From positions 266,823 through 330,822 of the forward strand of contig JAZURI010000002.1 in NCBI GenBank assembly GCA_045606105.1: DNA of 64,000 nucleotides, read 5' to 3'. The notes under the pieces are model-generated. The model was given only the letters and a program-made list of their open reading frames with translations. It was not told the origin of the DNA and ran no database searches. Numbering within the stretch: position 1 is the stretch's first letter; every line of letters begins with the position of its first letter. Position numbers and translations under genes: made by a program. Positions 25,512 through 38,314 of the stretch are shown here, piece by piece. Origin of the DNA: Spirochaetia bacterium (GTDB taxonomy: Bacteria > Spirochaetota > Spirochaetia > CADAEX01).

Positions 25512-28195
25512 ACACAGTTATTATTGAAAAAATAAATCAGCTTATCAACGAGGAGAAATGGACCCGCACCACAATCGACAACTATTCAATGGGACATTTC
25601 GAGGAGCTTGATAATTTAATCAAGGAAATCAATGATGACGAAACAAAGGAAGAGGTCATCAGGATTACAGAGGAACACCTTGACCGCTCAAAAAACAGCA
25701 TAGGAGCCCTTTACATCTCAGGAAACCTGATTCTTTCAAAACGCCTTCTGGATGATTCCAACATGCTTCAGCTCATTTCCATGTTCGGAGAGAACGGAAA
25801 ATGGAACATAGTGGAAATACTCTGCAACAAGATGCTTTCCTACGGTGAAAACAAGTATGCACTGAAAGCCCTGGCCGACTGCTACAAAAACGAAGCAAAT
25901 GCAGAAAAAAAGCATGAGGTATGGGAACGTCTCATCAAGATCGATTTCGAGGAGGCCGACATAGTAAAGGCCCTGGCCGAGGAATATGAAAAGGAGGGCA
26001 ACGGCGAAAAGTCCCTGGATTACTACAAGAAGGCAATCCACAGATATGCAAACAAGAAGCTGTTCGCCAATGTGAAGGAGATCTGGGACAAGCTTATCGG
26101 CAATGCATCCGACGATCCGGACTTCTTCTACCATTTCCTCAAGAAGGTGTCAAAGACCATGCCGGAAGACAAGATGATAGAGCTTCTGGACAGCCTTTAT
26201 CAGTTCTACAAGAACGAGAAGAACTGGGACAGCGCCATCGATATCCTCAAGAAAATCATTGCCATTGACAGCAAGGATAACGAAATCAGAAAGGAAATCC
26301 TTTTCTGCTTCAAGGAAAAATACGGAAATCACAACCAGTTTGATGAATTTGTACGCCTTTCAAGCCTTTCCCAGAACTGGAGAAACATCAACGATGCAAT
26401 CAGCGACTTCGAGAAGCATATTGCCTTCGATGCAGGAAACTTTGTCTACCACAAGACCTGGGGTATCGGAAGAATAAAGGGGCTGCAGGGAGAAAACATC
26501 ATCATCGACTTCCTTGCAAAGAAAAACCATTCAATGTCAGTGAAGATGGCTGTAAATTCCCTTACCATCCTCAGCAGGGAGCATATCTGGGTAATCAAGT
26601 GCACAACCAGAAAAGAAGCTCTCAGGGAAAAGATCAAGAAAAATGTTGCATGGACCCTCAGGACAATCATCAAGAGCTTCAACAACGAAGCCGATCTCAA
26701 GAGAATCAAGCTTGAGCTTACACCGGGTATCCTTACCCAGAACGAATGGGTCACATGGAGAGCAGCCGCAAAGGAGGAGCTGGAAACAAATCCTCAGTTC
26801 GGAAGCATTGCAGAAAAAGAGGGCTTCTACGAGGTCCGCATCAAGCCTATTTCCGCAGGAGAGAAGGCATACAACAGCTTCAAAAGCGAGAACGAGTTCT
26901 TCAAGAAGCTTCATATCCTCCAGAAATATATTGCAAGACCTGATGCAGATTCGGAATTCCTTCCTGAAATGCTTGCTTTCTTCAGGAATCATATCAAGAC
27001 CATCTCCACAGTGGACGAAAAGGTTATAGCCAGCTACCTTTTCATTTCCGGACTTGCCAATACATATGCAGACTGCAAGGTAAACATTACCTTCCAGGAT
27101 CTCTATTCACGCATCAAGGACAAGGATGTGGAAGGCATCTTCATCAAGCTCAGCGACAACGACCTCAAGAAGAGCTTCCTCGAAAATGTCAGGATCAATG
27201 TGCCGGATTGGCATGAAATCTACTGCAGGCTTTTCCATCACTTCCTCTATTCATATATTCCTGAGGTTCTTATCAGGGCCGGATATACAGACCGGGTAAA
27301 GGGTCTTTTCAGGACATATCTTGAGGATTACAAGAACTACAGGGAGGGCTTTGTATGGGTATGCCAGAACGGAGCCGGATATGACTTCTTCAACGAGCTG
27401 AAGCCTGCCGAAAACAAGATCATCACAGAGATGATTCATCTCCTGGACATCACATTCAGGGAGAGCAGCAGCAAGAAGAATGTAATTGCCAACAAGAAAA
27501 TCAACAACAAGATTTCCATATACCTTTTCAAGGACAAGAATCTTGACAGCTTCCTCAATTCAGCAAACATGGATACAGCATCCAGAATCTATGACCTGCT
27601 TGTGGGAATCGAATTGCTGGACCTGAAGATCAAGCTTGCATACAGGGAGCTTATTAAGAAAAGATTCCCTAAGATTGAATTCAGCGGTGAAAAGCCGGTG
27701 GAGGCAGTTTCCAGAGGCGGTATCATTGTTACGGAAGCTGGAATGGAAAAGAGACAGCAGAAGCTTAAATATATCCTGGAGGTGGAGATTCCGAAGAACT
27801 CAAAGGAGATCGGTGATGCCATTGCATTGGGTGACCTGAGTGAGAATGCGGAATACAAGTTCGGTAAGGAAAAGCAGAACATGCTCAACCATGAGGTATC
27901 GGTACTTAAGGAAGAGATTGAGAAGGCACAGGTATTTGATGCAAGGAATGTCAATACAAGCAGGATTTCCTTCGGTACAAAGGCAACACTCCTTAACCTT
28001 GATACAAACGAGAACTGCACATACACAATCCTCGGTCCGTGGGAATCACTTCCTGAAGAGAACATCATCTCCTATATGGCACCGCTGGGAGCAGAGCTCC
28101 TCAATGCCGAAAAGGATAATGAGCTTCATTTTGAAATCAACGGAAGAGAATATAACTTCAAGGTTCTCTCAATCGAAAAATCAGATCTTATCTGA
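25508..28195 (+). CDS. greA: long-form transcription elongation factor GreA with TPR-like N-terminal extension
   Basis: C-terminal GreA domain EIGDAIALGDLSENAEY, YTILGPWES and ISYMAPLG..LL; 895 aa in total. Confidence 0.93.
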   Translation: MNTVIIEKINQLINEEKWTRTTIDNYSMGHFEELDNLIKEINDDETKEEVIRITEEHLDRSKNSIGALYISGNLILSKRLLDDSNMLQLISMFGENGKWNIVEILCNKMLSYGENKYALKALADCYKNEANAEKKHEVWERLIKIDFEEADIVKALAEEYEKEGNGEKSLDYYKKAIHRYANKKLFANVKEIWDKLIGNASDDPDFFYHFLKKVSKTMPEDKMIELLDSLYQFYKNEKNWDSAIDILKKIIAIDSKDNEIRKEILFCFKEKYGNHNQFDEFVRLSSLSQNWRNINDAISDFEKHIAFDAGNFVYHKTWGIGRIKGLQGENIIIDFLAKKNHSMSVKMAVNSLTILSREHIWVIKCTTRKEALREKIKKNVAWTLRTIIKSFNNEADLKRIKLELTPGILTQNEWVTWRAAAKEELETNPQFGSIAEKEGFYEVRIKPISAGEKAYNSFKSENEFFKKLHILQKYIARPDADSEFLPEMLAFFRNHIKTISTVDEKVIASYLFISGLANTYADCKVNITFQDLYSRIKDKDVEGIFIKLSDNDLKKSFLENVRINVPDWHEIYCRLFHHFLYSYIPEVLIRAGYTDRVKGLFRTYLEDYKNYREGFVWVCQNGAGYDFFNELKPAENKIITEMIHLLDITFRESSSKKNVIANKKINNKISIYLFKDKNLDSFLNSANMDTASRIYDLLVGIELLDLKIKLAYRELIKKRFPKIEFSGEKPVEAVSRGGIIVTEAGMEKRQQKLKYILEVEIPKNSKEIGDAIALGDLSENAEYKFGKEKQNMLNHEVSVLKEEIEKAQVFDARNVNTSRISFGTKATLLNLDTNENCTYTILGPWESLPEENIISYMAPLGAELLNAEKDNELHFEINGREYNFKVLSIEKSDLI

Positions 28196-31953
<3,758 letters not shown>

Positions 31954-31957
<4 letters not shown>

Positions 31958-33258
31958 CGTCTCACGAACCTCACCAGATAAAGCACCAGGGCTATAAGCA
32001 ATATGACTATATCAGGCATCCACATGGAAAGGAACGGATTGACACTGCTCCTTACCCCCAGGGTATGTCCTGCAAACATCATGCACCAATAGAAAACCGA
32101 AAAGAGAAGCCCTATCCCGAAGCCTACGGTACGGCCGCTCCTCTTGGAAAACAACCCGGCCGGAAAAGCAAACAGCACAAAACAGAGACAGGCAACCGGG
32201 AGAGAAAACTTCTTGTAAAACTCCAGCTTGTATATCTTGAGATTCCTGTCATCATCGGAGGAGCCGACCACCTTTCTGTAATCTTCCAGACCTCTTCCGA
32301 TAAGGGATACCTGCCCTCTTCTGTTCTTTTCAGAAAAGGAGGAGGCAAGGAAATAATTATACATTGAATCCTTCAGGTTCCGCCCGGCACTCAATCTCTT
32401 TTTTTCCCTATCCTTTGCCAGTTCCCCTTCCATCCTGATAATTTCGCTCCGTACATCGGCTGCACTCATTTCCCGTGGTCCCAGGGTCCTGACAGAGGAG
32501 GATATATTGGAAAGAAGTATGTTGTATATCATTTTTTCCGAGGTGAAATAATTATAATCGTGCTCCTTCTTCTGGTCGTTGGCATGGCTGAAAACATCGG
32601 AAAGCTCCAGGGAAATAACTCCGGAGCCGTCATTTCCGGTAAGGAAACGGGCCCTGTCAGCTTTAATAACTCTCTTGTTGCCATCATTGTCCTTGTCGAA
32701 AATCACTATGTCATGGATTACCGTATCTTCAATCTCACCGGTAATGATAAAGGTATCCAGATACTCCTTGACGGAATAGGGCTGAAGCTCAAGGGCGGGA
32801 TTGGAATATATCAGCTCCTTGTAAAGCCTGGTATACTTGATGGTTCCATAGGGCATCAGATAATCGTTTATATAGAAGGATGCAAATGAAAAAACCACCC
32901 CTAGGACAATAAGAGGGGCGAAAATCCTGATATGCCTGATTCCCAGGGCCTGCATGGCAAGAATCTCGTTGTCTGTACACAGTCTGCCCACTGTCATCAG
33001 GCATGAAACCAGAGCTGCAAAAGGAAAGGAAAGGGAAATCATGGAGGGCATGAAATAGACCAGCAGCATGATCACATCCTTTATCGGTACCTTTTTTTCC
33101 AGAATCTTTTCAGCCAGAAAGAGTATCTGGTTCACGAAGAAAATGAAAAAGAAAAAAAGGAAGCATACAAAGAAGGAGAAGATAAATTCCTTCCCTATAT
33201 AGCGGTAAATTATTGATGCGAAGCCTTTTCCCCTGTAGTCTGATATCTGAGAAATCAT
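31954..33258 (-). CDS. lptF: LptF/LptG-family permease (LptF position)
   Basis: GRLCTDNEILAMQALGI, KKFSLPVAC..F...A.P.G and W.PD; tandem with the lptG-like gene. Confidence 0.8.
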
Positions 33259-33264
33259 TCCCGG

Positions 33265-33705
33265 TTATACACCTGTGGAGCCGAAGCCTCCGGTTCCCCT
33301 TTCGGTTTCTCCAAGATTTTCCGCAGTAATGAAATTTCCTCTCAGTACCGGAGCAATTACCATCTGGGCAATCCTGTCACCGCGGCGGATAACAAAATCC
33401 TCTGCTCCGTGATTGATCATTATGATTCTGATTTCTCCCCTGTAATCCGAGTCGATGGTTCCGGGAGAATTGACCAGACTGATTCCGTTCTTTATTGCAA
33501 GACCGGATCTTGGACGGATCTGTGCCTCGTAACCGGCAGGAAGCTCAATAAAAAGCCCTGTGGGAACAAGAGCCCTTTCTCCCGGCCTGATTATCATATC
33601 TTCTTCAATACAGGCCCTGATATCCGCACCTGCCGCCTCTGCAGAGGAGTACACCGGCAGAAACCCGGAATCTGCTGCCTTGCAAATTACATCTATAGTT
33701 TTCAT
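33265..33705 (-). CDS. dut: dUTP diphosphatase
   Basis: [34 protein letters not shown] and [10 protein letters not shown]. Confidence 0.98.
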   Translation of the reverse strand: MKTIDVICKAADSGFLPVYSSAEAAGADIRACIEEDMIIRPGERALVPTGLFIELPAGYEAQIRPRSGLAIKNGISLVNSPGTIDSDYRGEIRIIMINHGAEDFVIRRGDRIAQMVIAPVLRGNFITAENLGETERGTGGFGSTGV

Positions 33706-33711
33706 CAGCTT

Positions 33712-33740
33712 ATTCTAAACAAAACAACGGTAAAAATCAA
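33712..33740 (-). promoter_or_regulatory. sigma70 promoter placing the transcription start at the dut ATG (leaderless)
   Basis: Minus strand TTGATT-N17-TAGAAT-N6-ATG with no SD. Confidence 0.6.
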
Positions 33741-33747
33741 GGAAAAT

Positions 33748-33778
33748 AAAAAAAGCCACACCGGTAACCGATGTGGCT
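33748..33778 (-). terminator. intrinsic terminator after pnp
   Basis: Minus strand AGCCACATCGG-TTA-CCGGTGTGGCT followed by a T tract. Confidence 0.85.
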
Positions 33779-33799
33779 CTTTATCAGGTTGAATAAATA

Positions 33800-36061
33800 T
33801 TATTCAGCCTGTGGCTGTTCAGGAGCTTCCTTAACCTGTTCAGGCTCTCTTTCTCTGGCCTCTCTCGGTTCTCTTGGCTCTCTGTCAAATCTTCTGCTAC
33901 GGAAACCGCCTCTTTCCCTGTCTCTCCTGTCGTCTCTTCTCTCTCTTGCCGGTTTCTCAGGCTTTGGAGGAACGTATGTAGGATCGATAGCTTCAATATA
34001 GCTGAGGTTAAGTCTTCCCATTCTGTCGATTTCTACAAGCTTAACAGGGATTTCCTGTCCTTCCTTGAGAACATCGTTGACATTTTCAACTCTTTCCTTG
34101 GCAAGTCTGGAAATGTGGCAGAGACCCTCTTTTCCAGGGAGGAATTCAACAAATGCACCGAATTCTGTAATTCTTCTTACAACTCCGTCGTAAACCTTTC
34201 CTACTTCAGGCTTTTCAATGAAGCTCTCAACCATTGTCTTGGCCAGCTGAGCCATTTCCCTGTTCTTTCCGAAAATCTTTACGTTTCCTGCATCGTCGAT
34301 ATCCACTGTGGATTCTGACTTTTCAGCAATGCTCTTGATATTTTTTCCGCCGGAACCGATTACGGCACCGATCTTGTCTACATCAATCTTGAACTGAACA
34401 ATCTGAGGAGCGTTTGCGGAAACACCGTCCTGCGGCTTTTCCTCGATAGCCTTGTTCATGATTCCGAGAATGTGCATTCTGCCCTCTTTGGCCTGGGCAA
34501 GTGCTCTCTTCATGATATCCTTGGAAACTCCGGCAATCTTGATATCCATCTGGAAACCTGTGATACCGTCTGTTGTTCCTGCTACCTTGAAGTCCATATC
34601 TCCGAAGTGGTCTTCCTCACCGAGAATATCGCTGAGTACAACTGTCTTTTCACCTTCTGTGATGAGACCCATGGCAATACCTGCAACCGGCTTCTTGATA
34701 GGAACACCTGTGTCGATAAGAGCAAGGGTTCCGGCACATACTGTTGCCATTGAGGATGAACCGTTGGATTCAAGGATTTCAGATACTACTCTGATTGTAT
34801 AAGGGAAATCTGCCTTGTCAGGAATCATGGCTGTAAGGGATCTCTGAGCCAGATGTCCGTGACCGATCTCACGACGGCCTGTGGTAAGCTTTCCTGTTTC
34901 ACCTACGGAGAACGGAGGGAAATTGTAGTGGAGCATGAAGTTGGAGTATCTCTTTGCTCCGTCGATGTCATCAAACATCTGTTCGTCGCTTCCTGTACCC
35001 AGTGTACAGATTGAAAGTGACTGTGTTTCACCTCTTGTGAAAAGTGATGATCCGTGGGTTTTTGCAAGAACACCGAGTTCACATGTGATAGGTCTGATCT
35101 GAGTAGGAGTTCTTCCGTCTGAGCGGAGATTATCCTCAAGAATGGACTTTCTGATGATCTTGTATTCAAGGTCCTCGAAAACAGCACCGATCTTAGGGAG
35201 TTCCTCTTCAGGAATTTCACCTTTGAAATGTTCGAATGTTTCCTTTTTAACAGCTGCCTTTCCTTTGTTTCTTTCTACCTTGCTAGGAAGGAAGGATGCT
35301 TCCTTGTACTTGTCGTAAGCATATTCCCATACCTTGTCGTAGAACTCAAAGCTTTCCTCTTCGGATGGAGGGAGCGGAAGCTTGGTCTTTGCGGCAAGTG
35401 CACCGAGTTCTTCCTGGGCACGGCAGATATCTGCAACCACCTGGCTTCCTCTTTCGATTGCTTCAAGCATTACATCTTCCGAAACTTCCTGGGCACCACC
35501 TTCAACCATGGTGATTCCTTCCTTGGTTCCGGCAACAACAATTTCCATTTCGGCAGCTTCTATCTGTTCGAATGTAGGGTTGATCACATATTCGCCGTTG
35601 AGGTAGCAGACTCTTACTGCAGCGGCAGGTCCGTTGAACGGAATGTCAGAAATAACTACAGCAGCGGAGGATGCAACCATGGCTACAACATCCGGTGGGT
35701 TGATCTGGTCTGCGGAAACTACTGTCGGTACTACCTGTATATCCCTCTTGAACTCTTTATAGAAAAGAGGTCTCATAGGACGGTCGATAAGTCTGGAAAC
35801 AAGAATTTCCTTATCCTTTGGTTTTCCCTCTCTCTTTAAGAAGCCCCCCGGAATCTTTCCGGCTGCATAGTATTTTTCGTTGTATTCTACCTGCAAAGGA
35901 ACATAGTCAAGTCCTTCGATAGTGTCTTCTGAGCAGCATACTGTTGCTAAAACTGATGAACCGGCATAGGATGCAAATACGGCACCATTGGCCTGCTTTG
36001 CAAGTTTTCCGGTTTCAAGAATCAGATCTTTGCCGCCGACGTTTATTGTAACTTTTGGCAT
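33800..36061 (-). CDS. pnp: polyribonucleotide nucleotidyltransferase
   Basis: AAGKIPGGF.KREG, RGETQ, RREIGHG.LA, ESNGSSSMA and GDMDFKVAG; KH and S1 domains; charged tail. Confidence 0.99.
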   Translation of the reverse strand: MPKVTINVGGKDLILETGKLAKQANGAVFASYAGSSVLATVCCSEDTIEGLDYVPLQVEYNEKYYAAGKIPGGFLKREGKPKDKEILVSRLIDRPMRPLFYKEFKRDIQVVPTVVSADQINPPDVVAMVASSAAVVISDIPFNGPAAAVRVCYLNGEYVINPTFEQIEAAEMEIVVAGTKEGITMVEGGAQEVSEDVMLEAIERGSQVVADICRAQEELGALAAKTKLPLPPSEEESFEFYDKVWEYAYDKYKEASFLPSKVERNKGKAAVKKETFEHFKGEIPEEELPKIGAVFEDLEYKIIRKSILEDNLRSDGRTPTQIRPITCELGVLAKTHGSSLFTRGETQSLSICTLGTGSDEQMFDDIDGAKRYSNFMLHYNFPPFSVGETGKLTTGRREIGHGHLAQRSLTAMIPDKADFPYTIRVVSEILESNGSSSMATVCAGTLALIDTGVPIKKPVAGIAMGLITEGEKTVVLSDILGEEDHFGDMDFKVAGTTDGITGFQMDIKIAGVSKDIMKRALAQAKEGRMHILGIMNKAIEEKPQDGVSANAPQIVQFKIDVDKIGAVIGSGGKNIKSIAEKSESTVDIDDAGNVKIFGKNREMAQLAKTMVESFIEKPEVGKVYDGVVRRITEFGAFVEFLPGKEGLCHISRLAKERVENVNDVLKEGQEIPVKLVEIDRMGRLNLSYIEAIDPTYVPPKPEKPARERRDDRRDRERGGFRSRRFDREPREPREAREREPEQVKEAPEQPQAE

Positions 36062-36079
36062 TGGTCAATCCTTTTTTTA

Positions 36080-36349
36080 TTATTTTCTTAATCCTAATTC
36101 TTTAATCAACTCTCTGTATTTGTCAAGGTTTGTTCTCTTGAGATACTTGAGCAGCTTTCTTCTCTGTCCTACGAGCTTGAGAAGTCCTCTTCTTGAGTTA
36201 TGGTCTTTCTTGTGAATCTTGAAATGTTCGGTAAGTTCATTGATTCTTTTTGTAAAAATTGCAATCTGAACCTCTGTTGCTCCGGTATTTGCTTCGCTTC
36301 CACCGAATTTTGCAATAAGTTCAAGCTTTTCTTCTTTTGTCAAAGACAT
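36080..36349 (-). CDS. rpsO: 30S ribosomal protein S15
   Basis: TG.TEVQIA.FT.RI..LTEH...[22 protein letters not shown]. Confidence 0.99.
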   Translation of the reverse strand: MSLTKEEKLELIAKFGGSEANTGATEVQIAIFTKRINELTEHFKIHKKDHNSRRGLLKLVGQRRKLLKYLKRTNLDKYRELIKELGLRK

Positions 36350-36361
36350 AGACAATCTCCT

Positions 36362-37093
36362 TTATTCTTCTTTTGTATACTCCAGCTTAACGTGAGTATT
36401 GTTAACATTTATTACGGCATCGGTAAAACTACCGTCCCTGAACAGCTTTATTTTATAGCTTCCGCTGCCCGGAAGAAGCTGTCTGATCTCATTTCTTGGA
36501 ATTACATCCGGATCAAGACCGGAAACATCAACGGAATATCCGTTGTACATCAATTCGGACAGGATATCCAACCGCCCCTCCGTAATTAGAGAACGGATAA
36601 AGGTGCTCTTTACAGTACACCCTGAATATACAAACTCGTCCACAACCTCCACATCTACCCCGGAGCCCGCATACATGGATTTTATCTCCGCAGAACCGGT
36701 ATCATTGTTGAAGCCGCACCTGAAATCATATCCTATAACAACTTTGACAGGAATCAGGGATTCTTCGATTTTCTGAAAAAATTGCCTACCTGACAGTTTA
36801 CCAAATTCATAGGAAAAGTCAATCAGTATGACGGTATCAATTCCAATATCCCTCATTATTGCAAGTTTTTGATTCTGAGTATAGATATTTCCCTGAAAAT
36901 CTTTTTTGAAAATCTCATGAGGATTCTGCCTGAAGGTAAACACCACCGGAACGGTATCCTTTTCCCCGATGATCCTTTTCATCAGAGCCATGTGCCCCAG
37001 ATGAATACCGTCAAAAACGCCTATGGTAAAGGCACATCTTTTTCCGGCCAGAGGCTTTTTTCCGGTAAAATCCTCCCAGGATATTATATTCAT
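36362..37093 (-). CDS. ribF: FAD synthetase-family protein: FMN adenylyltransferase domain with short non-kinase C-terminus
   Basis: TIGVFDGIHLGH, VIGYDFRCG and KSTFIR; no PTAN kinase motif; canonical position between truB and rpsO. Confidence 0.82.
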   Translation of the reverse strand: MNIISWEDFTGKKPLAGKRCAFTIGVFDGIHLGHMALMKRIIGEKDTVPVVFTFRQNPHEIFKKDFQGNIYTQNQKLAIMRDIGIDTVILIDFSYEFGKLSGRQFFQKIEESLIPVKVVIGYDFRCGFNNDTGSAEIKSMYAGSGVDVEVVDEFVYSGCTVKSTFIRSLITEGRLDILSELMYNGYSVDVSGLDPDVIPRNEIRQLLPGSGSYKIKLFRDGSFTDAVINVNNTHVKLEYTKEE

Positions 37094-37959
37094 CTTACCC
37101 CCGCCGCAAAGGCATAGTAGGGTCTTCCCTTTCTCTTTCCCACCATGGCACAGAAATTATCGCTGCCGTCAAAAAGGGCAAGCAGCTCCCCTTCCCTGGC
37201 CACCGCAGAAATGGTACGCCTGAAAGGACCGGCAAATTCACGCCCCTCCTTCAGAAGCTGTCCCACATCATCAGGGACGGTTTCCGTAGGAAAACCGCAG
37301 AGGCTCATCCCTTCCCTGGCACTCAGGAGCCTGTAGCTTCCCGGCTCTATCCCGTCGGCGGAAAAACCTCCGATGGAGTTTCTCCTGAGAGCTGTAAGAT
37401 ATCCCACTGTACCGCACATGGCTGCCAGATCCCTGGCAATGGCCCTGATATAGGTACCTCCTGAGCAGCTGACCCTGAATACCAGGTCGGGCTTGTCATA
37501 GCTGAGAATCTCAAAGCTGTAGACTGTTATCCTTTTCGGAGGAATATCCAGTTCCTTACCCTTGCGGGCAAGCTTATAGGCCCTTTTGCCGTCCACATGG
37601 ACTGCGGAAAAGCTGGGAGGAACCTGCATCATGTCGCCGGCAAAGTTTACAGCCACCGCTGTTATCTGTTCAAGCTCCGGTACGGGATGTCCGCTGTTGA
37701 TAACCTCCCCCTCCGTATCAAGGGTGGCGGTCTCCTCTCCGAAACGGAGAGTGGCGGTATAGGTTTTAGGCATATCCGACATATAGGGAATGAACTTGGT
37801 TATTCTCCCCGTAAGGGCCATGAGAAGGCCGTCGGCAAAAGGGTCAAGGGTGCCGCAGTGTCCCACCTTCCTGGTATCCGTATCTTTCTTCAGCTGATAC
37901 ATGGCCTTGAAGGAGGAAATACCGGCAGCCTTGTTGAGAAGTACAAAACTCGAAATCAA
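37090..37959 (-). CDS. truB: tRNA pseudouridine(55) synthase
   Basis: KVGHCGTLDPFADG, QVPP.FSA..V.GKRAY and CSGGTYIR. Confidence 0.97.
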   Translation of the reverse strand: MISSFVLLNKAAGISSFKAMYQLKKDTDTRKVGHCGTLDPFADGLLMALTGRITKFIPYMSDMPKTYTATLRFGEETATLDTEGEVINSGHPVPELEQITAVAVNFAGDMMQVPPSFSAVHVDGKRAYKLARKGKELDIPPKRITVYSFEILSYDKPDLVFRVSCSGGTYIRAIARDLAAMCGTVGYLTALRRNSIGGFSADGIEPGSYRLLSAREGMSLCGFPTETVPDDVGQLLKEGREFAGPFRRTISAVAREGELLALFDGSDNFCAMVGKRKGRPYYAFAAGVR

Positions 37960-38303
37960 GAAAGGATATCCTCAATTTTTTTGTTTATTTCATATCCTTC
38001 CTTTATGGAATTGTCATAAAAGAAGGTAAGCCGGGGGGTAAGGCGTGTCTTGAGATTCTTTCCGATGACACCCTGTATGAAAGGGGCTGCACTGTTGAGT
38101 CCCTCCACGCTCTTACGCACGGCAATATCGTTATCAAAGCCTGAAATATAGACCTTGGCCACGCTCAGGTCCGAGGAGCATTTAACCCTGGTTACGGAAA
38201 TGAGCCGACCTACCCTGTGGTCCTTTATTTTACCGGAAAAAATCAGGTTGCTGATAATTTCCTGAATTACACTTTCAACACGCAGAAGTCTGTATTCCGA
38301 CAT
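37956..38303 (-). CDS. rbfA: ribosome-binding factor A
   Basis: R..RV...I, IKD.R, VTRV..S.DLS.AKVY and TPRL.F.YD. Confidence 0.95.
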   Translation of the reverse strand: MSEYRLLRVESVIQEIISNLIFSGKIKDHRVGRLISVTRVKCSSDLSVAKVYISGFDNDIAVRKSVEGLNSAAPFIQGVIGKNLKTRLTPRLTFFYDNSIKEGYEINKKIEDILS

Positions 38304-38314
38304 ATCCGATCACC

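Noticed and set aside
33800-33970. R/E/D-rich quasi-repeats at the pnp 3' end and overlapping small ORFs
   Set aside because: Charged disordered tails are common on PNPase; the overlapping ORFs are low-complexity shadows
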